A stretch of DNA of 60,407 nucleotides, filler included, from Sphacelaria rigidula (taxonomy: Eukaryota): NCBI GenBank assembly GCA_964200075.2. It is 5 parts of 5 records of this genome, joined end to end, with 100 filler letters (N's around TTAATTAATTAA, not from the genome) between each part and the next. Parts side by side here need not be neighbours in the genome. Positions count along the whole stretch, not along the records: positions 48,408 to 60,407 come from CAXNAA020004249.1; 4 more parts are not named here. The stretch is one strand, 5' to 3'. Below the pieces are notes generated by a model, which made no database searches, was not told the DNA's origin, and saw only the letters and a program-made list of their open reading frames with translations. The translations under genes were made by a program, and so were the position numbers. How positions within the stretch are numbered: the stretch's first letter is position 1; each line of letters opens with the position of its first letter. Positions 51,225 to 60,407 of this stretch are shown one piece after another.

Positions 51225-54200
51225 ATGGCCGTGGCTCTCACGGTCGCCGATGAAGGCGTTCCACCGTCCCCCCTCGATACGGCAGGGGCAAACAGTAAGC
51301 TGGAGGCTTGGTTGCACAAACGGCACGTTGGACGTTTCGACATCCCCCTTAGCCAGTTGACTCTAACGTCGCTGTCCAGGGAACTGAATCTGCGAGGACT
51401 ACAAGACGTCATGAGGTCTATCAAGGTGAGTGGGTGCCTTACTCACAACCCACCAGCCGTCGTACTTGGCAGCGAGGCAGGTGATTCGGTCACTGCTGAG
51501 GCCATGGCAGGCGCTTCTTTTCGTGTCCTAGACGGCAACCACCGAGTCAACACAGGACAGCGCATCTTCGGGCTGGAGAAGCGTATTCCATGCAATGTGT
51601 ACAGGGATATATCGGCGAACGACATGCACATCATCGGAGATGGTGGGTCATACTGTCACACCTGGAATCGTACCTCGTGGTTTGGTGCTCATTAGGTGTT
51701 TGTTCTAATTTTGCAGTGGTCTGCACGGGGTCAGCCCCTCCCCAAAAATACTCCGCACCTCCCTGCGCTGGGGCGGTGGAATCGATCCGAGCAAAACTCT
51801 CTCGTTTTGATGCAGTCGGGTGCCTATGGATTTTCAAGCTTTCGATCCAAAAAGACAGTGCAGCTTTGCAAGTGCAGGTCGGGTAGAGTATACTCGATTG
51901 CGGGATATTTTGGAAGTCGTACTTACTGTACACGGATTGGGGGTAGGGTTTCAGAGCGACTTTTACGGCAACAAACCCCGGTTTTTACACATAATAGGAG
52001 CACGTCAGCCCGTCTACAGGCGATTTTCTCACGTGGATTCATTTTTCGGACCCCAGTCCGTTGGGATCGCGCTCCGGATATTTTGTGGGTAAGACTCCGT
52101 ACCACGCAGTTTCGTCCCTGATGCCCGCCATAGGAGAAGATGCGCAAGGTTTCGCCAACAAAAAATAAACAAAGCACACCCGACTACTGTAGTGCATCTA
52201 TCCCTGTGCTCAACTCTTGCTCTATGCTGCAGGGTTGCGGTCGTAGCTGAGAATGAGTTGGATGTAGTTTGAATCATCATGTGAACTGGTGATGTTTGGC
52301 GTATAGGCGTGTTTGTGTTCAAATCATCAAGCTGAATTTTTGTTTTTTACTATTTTTTGTTTGAAGCCCCGTTTCAACGTTTTTCTTAATCAGGCGTGCT
52401 TTATGCGCCTTATTCCCGTCCTTGTTGTGGCGTTGTAGGAGTATCCCTTCACGAGGCGCGCCGTCTAGCACACGGGCGAGACGACAAGTTGGGCATCCGA
52501 AGTTTGTGTTGATTATTATAAAAATGAAGCTTTTCCTCTGTTCTCGAGTTTGGAGCCCACAACCTGCACACCGACTGCACGAGTCACCATCCCTAATCGA
52601 CCACGTCAAAACGTTCACTCTCCACATACTCATGTCGGCACGACGGCGCAGCCTTGAACGAGGTGGGAGAGACGCTGTCAGAACGGAACAAGTACGATAA
52701 ATTTTATATGTTCATGGGGATCATCGGGTCCATACAAGATCGCACGAAAAAAGATAATGTCGGAGCGGAAGCGATTTCAGAGGAGTTTACGAAGGTGAGT
52801 GGGAATCTGAGAAAGGGCTCTTTTGGAGCTTTCACGTCGTCGTAAACCACAAGCGAGAGCTAGACGGACACCGACACGTTGGAATGATTTGCTCTACTCG
52901 TTGGGGTGGTTCCAGGACATTTCCTCGTTCTCCGTTGGCCGTACTTTTTCTTTTCGCCAACCAAAAACTTAAGTTCAAGAACAGTCGGAAACGGTCAAAT
53001 ACAAAGAAATTCGCCATAAATTAGCCATATTTTTCTGTATTTGACCCTTCCCGGACATTAAATCTTCTTTGACCAAAATAAAAAATGCGGCCACCGAGAA
53101 AGGGGAAAATGTCCAGGGCCCACCTCAATGAGTGAAACAAATCATCGTAAGGTGTCAAATTCCGCCTAGCTCTCTGTTTAGGCGTGGAACTATGCCAGAG
53201 TTACATGGCAGTTTTCCAGGTTTTGATTTCAGTTTGTTATAAGAAGCGGCCTGAGTGGCGTGCTCGAGTAGATAGGAGTATATCGTTTCACGGGACCAAC
53301 ACTGCTGCTGTACCGCATCGCCGACTTCACTAGAGTGTGGCGTGCACTGCATGACACAGACCATGATGCTACACCCTACTCTACGCTCCGACGCGGCAGT
53401 CGGCTGCAGGAAGAGTACATACGCCTGCTCTTTCGGTTCTCACTTCACTTGTTGCCAGGGCTCGGGTGTGTGTATATGTTTGTATCCACGTGTGAGCGGG
53501 GGTGACCAGCCCATACACTTCGCACCCCGTTGTGGCAACGTACGAGAAGCTGAGGTTAGTTGAGGTTGCTTGATTCGGATCTGGGGTCAGTGGACCACTT
53601 CCTTCGTTCGACCACTTCTCACTCTCACTGCTTACACCCACGGTTTCCGAATACGTCAAATGAAGATACTAGAGAACAGTTGATGTTGTTGGATTACACC
53701 CGATTGCCCTGCCTGAACTCCGTATTGTTCGTCCACTGCGCTCTGTCAGCGCGCGCGGGGTAACTTGAATCGCGTGACGATAGCCCGAGCAAAAACAGAA
53801 ATGTTCGACAGTAACACATGTTTCCTACGTCCGTCAATGCATGCCGGCACCCCCGGCCCCTCTTCAAACCGACAGCTGCACGTGCGGGTCTCGTCCATGA
53901 CGACTCTGCGGCAATGGAAAAAAGCGGTTGTGTCGACATCGCCAGAAGCGATGAAGGCCATCGCTTGGGCGTTTCAATGCGACCACCGTGGCGTTGACTC
54001 GGGAGCCATATCCCTGGCTTTTTTCAAAAGCAAGCAGTACGCAGACCTGCATGATAAACCCCAGGCCCAATCCATCGCGATCAACATGCTCGTCAGGTAT
54101 ACACCACCCGTCTAATGCGGCTAGATAATCCCATGATCCTTACTTTATCGCATCTTGCGTCAGGGTCAATCGCTGGGGACTTCGACGTACGATGCGTAGT

Positions 54201-57200
54201 GTAACGCACCCGAACCCGACGCCCACAAAAACACAGACGCCGATCGTGCATCGCTGAGGAACGCGCTGGAGCGGCCACCCTCTAATCACACACCGCTCAA
54301 CATGAATAATGAAATCGCTCATTGCACATCGGCGATGATGACCGTTTTCAGACGAGAATGTTTCTCATCAGCATCGGACTCTTGTACATTCAGGGTCCCG
54401 TGGAAGGGTCTCCGAAAACGAGAGCACCAGACAGAGTTGCCGGTGGGCGGGACATCAGTTCCGCCACACGCGGCTTCCCTTGGTCCCGTCATGCAGCATC
54501 TAACGGGTGAAAAGTCTTATGTACTCTTCACAGCACACATTATATATTCGCGCTGCCCGCAGGTTCCAAACGGCGAACAAGACGAATCCTAAAGCGAGTG
54601 ACTGGGGGCGTATCTCCACAGATGCACAAACAGCCGCAACCCTCCTGGAGCGTTCAGAGAGGCAGATCCCTCGTGAGGCGTGGACCGACGTCTTCGAAGA
54701 GTAAGTTTGCATTAACTGTAACACACGCGTCGATTGCGGTGGACCGTAACCGTTGTCGTAGGCTACAGCATTTCGAAAGTAAGGACCGCGCGTGCAGCAC
54801 ACGTTTGTGTTACGCTTAGGCTTGCACCCCGTATGCTAGCACACTTTCTGGCATCATTCCACCTTGCATAAAAAGCGTTGCGTTTCAGCAGGTGGCATAG
54901 ATAGCGCAGCGTTTCGGCAAGTAGCGTAATCGATAATATTTTTTAAATCGCGGGCAAAATCGAGCATGTATTCTCTAGTAGAGTTGGCAACAATGATCTA
55001 AATGTCGACGTGGTGTGATATGTTGGGGTTAAACTCTGCTATCATCGACCGCGGCCGGGTCTGAAATACGTGAATGTTGAGGAACCAGTCATTCAAACTG
55101 CCGGTCTGACTTTCGTTTCTTTGTTTCACTTCATATATCTAAACATGTATTCACAGTGTGTACTATGCATGTAGTGATCAGTGGGTCTGGATCCAGTCGA
55201 AATGGCGCGCTTGTTGGATATTTCGAGCATAATTGAGCATAAATCCCATCTTGCGAGCATAGATCGAGCACATATTTTGTGAAATTCGCGCATAAATTGC
55301 GCTCCACGAGCCGAATCTTTTGTGTAACTACTAGCATTACAAAATGACTTTACTAGCATGAGTGGCAAAAGCGTAGTAACGCTCACGGGAGGTATTTTGC
55401 GCTCCGCGAACATCATCGCGACTAGGGTTGCTCGCGAGTTGACTCGCGGCACATACGGGCTGGAGGATTTCAAGCTGCACGTCACGGACTTCATCACATC
55501 AGTAGACAACAGCATGAAAGAGACACGGGCAAGCCTGCCCGAGGAAGAACGGAATGGAGCAGCCATGAAGGAGTTCGAAGATGTCTGTTTGGGCAAACTC
55601 CAACGGCGGCTGGACCCGGTACGTGACCGATACACAAAAGTCAAGAGTTAAATGTTGGATAGTGAGTAATTCGGGCGATAGGTTGCCAAGACGATACAAA
55701 CGTAAGGTGGATCGGACATGCTGCTGTGAAAAATTAGTCCAAATCGCGCAGAACGGGCTTGCGACGCGCGAAATTGGCGCATGCCAGTCATGGGCACAAC
55801 AAGGATGATACCCGATCGTCCAGCAACGTGGTGGGGAGACAATTGAAACATTTCCGCGAGGTTGTTTCCTACATTTTCAACCACGGCCCGTTTTCGCGGA
55901 AAGCGCAAAGAGGGGCCCTGAGGCGGTACAACGATAGCTGGAGGAAGAGGTGGGACGAGGCCAACAACACCATCGCTTGCTTGAAGTTGGCGAACGCGGG
56001 CAGCGAGAAAGACGACGACGAGGATGCTGGTGAATCGGAGGAGAATGATAGCGGTTGTTAACGACCGGCTGACGGCAGCCGCAAAGACGAATTGTGTCCC
56101 TCGTGCGACCCATCATCAGACGTCAGGTGAGAAGGGATAGTATGAATCAACACGTCAGCCGTTTCGACGGTGCCGAGCACACCAGTTGACCTCGCGGAGT
56201 ACAATGCTGCCGTCCACAAGAACGCTTCGTGTAATGATTGAAAGAGCAATCACCTTGCCTGGAACACCGTCAACCGCTCGACACTTTCATGCCGTCCTCG
56301 CAGTTGCAGATAACATTGCGTACACTGCGGGATGAAGCACCAGACCTTCTGTGAGCTGCTTGTGCCCGTCTCCGAGGATGCATCTCTTGCCGAGAGGAAG
56401 CGACGTCTTTGCCTTGTCTGCGAGGACGAGCCGGGGCACCAGAAGAGGAAAGGGGACATAACTGACGGGATCGGAGGCGGAGGGAATCTAAAAAATAGGG
56501 GAAGAAATCGTCACAAGCAGAGCAGTTGCTGCCCCCTGTCGGTCCCACCGTGGAAATCAGAAGGGGCGAGGATAGGTTGCCGTTGTGGAGACTGTGTTGT
56601 CGACTGAAGCTCACCTTTAGATTGCTCCTTTAGACGACGGTTGTGACAGCATGCATAAGTCGGTCGACATGCGACACTGGGACTGTCAAGCGCAGCTGTT
56701 TGGAGGTGCCCTTCCTGTCTTTCGGCCCTTGAGGACGACGGCGCGCGGTAATTCTGACCGCCATTGGTACGGCAGAATCCGATCATATCCACATGTATAC
56801 CATCTCCAGTGATAAATGATGGAGAAGGCGTTGAGTATGATCCTGGTGGCCGTTGAGGAGGTCGATCAACCTCGCGCACTGCTCGACCATGAAAACCTGA
56901 CGGTGCAGCCGCCAGCCTAGCCACCGTAGTGGAACGCACGCCGAAGAATTACGCCGGATTAGCCCCCACCCCAACGCCAGCCCAAAACCGCCAGCGAAAC
57001 AATGAATGGCTATCCACCGTGTGATGTTCGATTCCAGAGTGCATGGAGAGCCTTGTTTACTCGACATGGGCGAAAACAAACAGAAGCATTAATATTCTAA
57101 TCTGCTCAATATGAGGGTATTTTTTCATATCGATTTTACGTGTTGGTTGTTGCCCCCCCCAAACCAACCACTTTCTCGGGACGGGCTATATCGGAGAACA

Positions 57201-60200
57201 CACGCCACACCCCACGACATGCGGACGACCAGCGCGCAACGAAGGAAAACTGACGATGCTATTGCGTGCTTGCGACGTGATATTGTACAGGGCTCATCAC
57301 GCGAGCATACACGAGGATAATCTACTCCGCCGCCACTGCACTCTTATTGACCAACAAGAGCCACTCCCTGTGAAAAGACCGCCGAAGCTCATCATAGTCT
57401 CCATCGATGTCGAGAAAACAATGCTGAGCACGACAAACGATGACAACAGGGGATACTTCAGGCGGTTCGTTGAAAAGGTGCTGGGGGTCTTGCATCCGAT
57501 GGGCACCATCGCCTTTGCAGTCCCGCGGCCCTGGAATCGACACGGACATCGTATCCAAGGTATCACGGTCTGCACGGTTCGTGGCAGGCACAACCGCGGC
57601 ATCGATGTTGCTGAAAACAGGGTAGACACGTCTTGGTCGGTATCCGCCACACGAGCGCGGATAGGGTAAAGTGCGTGCTTCGTTTAGTCCGTCACATTGA
57701 ATCGCTGATTTCGTACATCGTTCATTGCTCTGATACGGCGTCCTGTGGTGATCTTGATACTCCCCGGGCACCCCCCGAACATCCACCGTCGCTGCGATCC
57801 ACCGCGGCGCGCACCTCTACGCAGACGCGATCGAAGTCGACCCTTCTATGGTGGTCGAAGACGACTACGTGGAGGCTCCCGAAAGAAACACGAGAGGTAT
57901 CATTTTTACCCTCACATGGAGGGCATTATGGTGGGACACAAGCAACCGAGCGAAGAGAACAAAACATTCACGGTAAACCCGAGGGTGACCTTCGCCGATC
58001 CGTACAGCACGAAGAGCAACGGTAAAGCGCCAGAATGCTGGCAAAAAATGGGCAGGGGGGCAGAGGACAAGCTTGCGTACAAGCAGGGCGGGCCTGTTGG
58101 GGGACCTGTCAATTCCCTCCCGCCGCGGGTACTGACTACATTCGTCAACAGGTGATAACATATTTTCTGACCCCGTATCCTCCTTCCCATCTTAGACAGT
58201 ATGCACTTTCGACGATCCTAGTGGAAACTTCACTTCCGGTGGGCGGGTGACGCCGGAACATGCCGCGCCGTGAAAGACATGAGATGAGTCGATGTCATCG
58301 TGGGCGTTGTGGCCAACAACACCCGCATATATATGTGTGTCACTTCCGGATGTTGTGCTTTTGTCGAACGGAAGGGGGTCCGAAATACTAGAGAGATCCG
58401 AGGCATGCATGCACATGGTAATTTGTACATGTTGGGACAAGTCTCCGCAAAAGCTTCGAGCGGGAATCATCAAATTCAAAATGCTCCCCACAGTGATTGG
58501 TTGTGGTGAATCTTTCATGACGTCGGGATCATCGTACTGTCATCGGACAGGTTTTCCCTGGCAGGAGATGCCGTGATGGGGATCGGGGTGGAGAGCTGGC
58601 AGCTACTGGAAGTCGCTCTCGAGTTCGGTCGTCCCACGGAGCTCTTCCTCCACAACCGCGGTCTCGCGACCGAGGTTGGGGGCCGTATGGAGAGAGCCTT
58701 CCAAAAGGCTTTTATGTCGGGGATGTTCAAGGCAAGCCTCCAAAAAACCGAATGCTTGCTCGAGGTATCGCGATCCTTACTCCGCGTCTTTGGCCGATGC
58801 GCAGGCACCGAATCGGATTTGATTACTCGCGACTTACATCTGATGTGCCAGATGAAGCTCACACCAATGACCCCGACCTCGCGTGTGTTCATGCGTCACG
58901 TTTGACGGCAGTATGATATCAGCGGCGAGGTGTTCGTGGGGCCGACGCTGCTCCCATCAGCGCTGCCCGCAGACACTACGCCGGGAGGATTGCTGGTTCG
59001 GGGTCCGGGAGACACGACCGAAAAGATCATGACGGGTGGTGCACAGACTTTCGGCTACACGCTGGAGGTGAGAACAGCGCTGCATGGGGGGCGGTAAAGA
59101 CACGGTAATCCCGTAGTCCTCTTTTCCTTCGCCTCTTACCGTCGTTTGCGTCCTGATGTGTACGTGAGTGTCTCATGATTTGAAGGGATGCCGAGCGTGC
59201 ACGAGAAAAAACAAAAACGCACACCTATGAGCCTTTTCCCCCCCCTACCCTAACGGGACGAAACGGGACGTGGTAGAGGGAGAAATCCGGGACGTGAACA
59301 AAGGTGGTATGCAATCGTTTGGTGCATTAGACAACAGGGAGAAAACGATGGCTCTCCTAGGAGATAGACGGTGGCTAGAGACGGCGAAACAGAACGGGGA
59401 TAAGATGCAAAAGGTTTTTGTCTAATACGTGGAAAAACGTGGTGAGCTCGTGAAGAAACGTGATGAGCGCAAAAATGTTGAGGTGTCTTCATTAGGAGTA
59501 GGAACGGTGCTCCGTCTCGAAAAACATGCGTGGTCAATGGTCAAACGACTGAGGCAAGCAACAAACGAGTACGCCCCTCCCCCTACCCACTGAGAGGTCG
59601 GTCCAAATGAAAAAGGTGACATAGGTGTGCATTTTGTTTTTCGTACACCCTTGATGATGTAGTTTTTTTTACTGCGTGGTATCGAGTTTTTTTCCCTCCT
59701 GCTTTACCGCACCTTGTGAAAGACACATTCTTTTTCGGGTCCATTTATGGGCGCGTCCACATCGCGATGCCCGGGGGACATGTGGTTTCGGGAACAACTA
59801 CACATCGTGGTTTTGAGACCCCTGTCTGAGCGCTGATTCCAACCACTGCCCCTCCTCTGTATCCCGAACTGACTGTCTCATGTTCGTTGCCGCCGCCCGT
59901 CTCTACCTTGTCCACCGTTGAACTCGGTCGCAGCGTTCGACGTCCAATCAGATGAACGAGCTGTTCCTCATAACGAAGCCAGGCCAGCAGAAGATCCTAC
60001 ACCCTGAAATTCCCTCGTGGGGAAAGTACCGGGTATACAACACGCCCAGAGAGGCTGTAATGTCGATACCTCGAGAAATCCTGGATCAGAAATGTATTGG
60101 CCTGGTCTTGGTCGCATCCAACAGACAACTCAGGCGCCTCGTAGAACCCGGCAGGGAAGCCTGCCAGCCGGAAGCGGCACTGTATTTGGAGGTCTCAGAC

Positions 60201-60407
60201 ACCTGCTCATTCTACCACTTGGAATGGGATACGTGCGGGGAGGGGGTTGTGATGGGGATCAGGTCGAAAATACCACACAACGGCCCCAGAGACTCCTATA
60301 TTACCGCTGCGATAGGCAGCGCAGATGGTACGCAGCATGCTGTGATAGTCAGTGTGCAAGAGAGTCGAGAGAGGAAAGAGAGGCTCACCGCGAAGCAGCG
60401 TATCGCG
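51225..60407 (+). CDS. Multi-exon ParB/Srx-domain protein with a degenerate N6-A/N4-C methyltransferase-like fold and a possible SET-like C-terminal region (partial; may be a pseudogene)
   Basis: Phase-consistent exons 51225-51642 (DIPLSQL...LQDVMRSIKVSG...FRVLDGNHRV), 52652-52794, 53876-54096, 54563-54700, 55357-55618. Later coding blocks lie at ~55752-56058, ~57350-57620 (YFRRFVEKVLGVLHPMGTIAFAV), ~57900-58151, ~58196-58238 (ALSTILVETSLP), 58565-58764 (GDAVMGIGVESWQLLEVALEFGRPTELF), 58912-59067 and 59952-end (open frame). The splice structure between 55620 and 58560 is unresolved, so one gene rather than two is an inference. Confidence 0.65.
52867..53156. mobile_element. Intronic foldback/MITE-like element
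   Basis: Left arm gacacc...atgatttg...ggacattt...tggccg...ggtcaaataca pairs with right arm tgtatttgacc...cggcca...aaatgtcc...caaatcat...ggtgtc. Confidence 0.75.
59090..59712. mobile_element. Intronic diverged inverted-repeat element
   Basis: aaaaacaaaaacgcacacctatg (~59207-59229) pairs with cataggtgtgcattttgttttt (~59620-59641). Outer gcggtaaag pairs with ctttaccgc. It contains a copy of the gagacggagcaccg repeat. Confidence 0.5.

Noticed and set aside
49258-59590. Inverted copies of one repeat flanking the ParB gene, suggesting TIRs of a 10-kb transposon
   Set aside because: The right copy lies inside an intron (coding continues at 59952), the left is a small insert with its own direct repeat, and a third copy sits in a myosin intron.

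Overview
Eukaryotic, intron- and repeat-rich DNA, probably from a stramenopile such as a brown alga (inferred from gene content and intron style, not proven). The window is not one locus. It is five unrelated contigs of 12003, 12002, 12001, 12001 and 12000 bp joined by artificial 100-bp N/TTAATTAATTAA linkers. Contig 1 holds an 8-exon galactose-3-O-sulfotransferase-like gene with one GC-AG intron, plus foldback elements. Contig 2 holds a full-length, decayed chromodomain Ty3/gypsy element with a 4-bp TSD inserted in an ~85-bp TAGCTC satellite, MITEs, and a decayed HNH-like/OTU-like ORF. Contig 3 holds a second Ty3/gypsy element whose pol has a C5-cytosine-methyltransferase-like domain between RNase H and integrase and a chromo-like + Tudor C-terminus. 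Contig 4 holds nine exons of a myosin motor domain. Contig 5 holds a spliced gene with a ParB/Srx domain, a degenerate beta-class amino-methyltransferase fold and a possible SET-like region. The two methyltransferase-like systems, both with apparently degenerate catalytic motifs, are the most interesting items. All domain calls come from reading motifs by eye, with no database searches.
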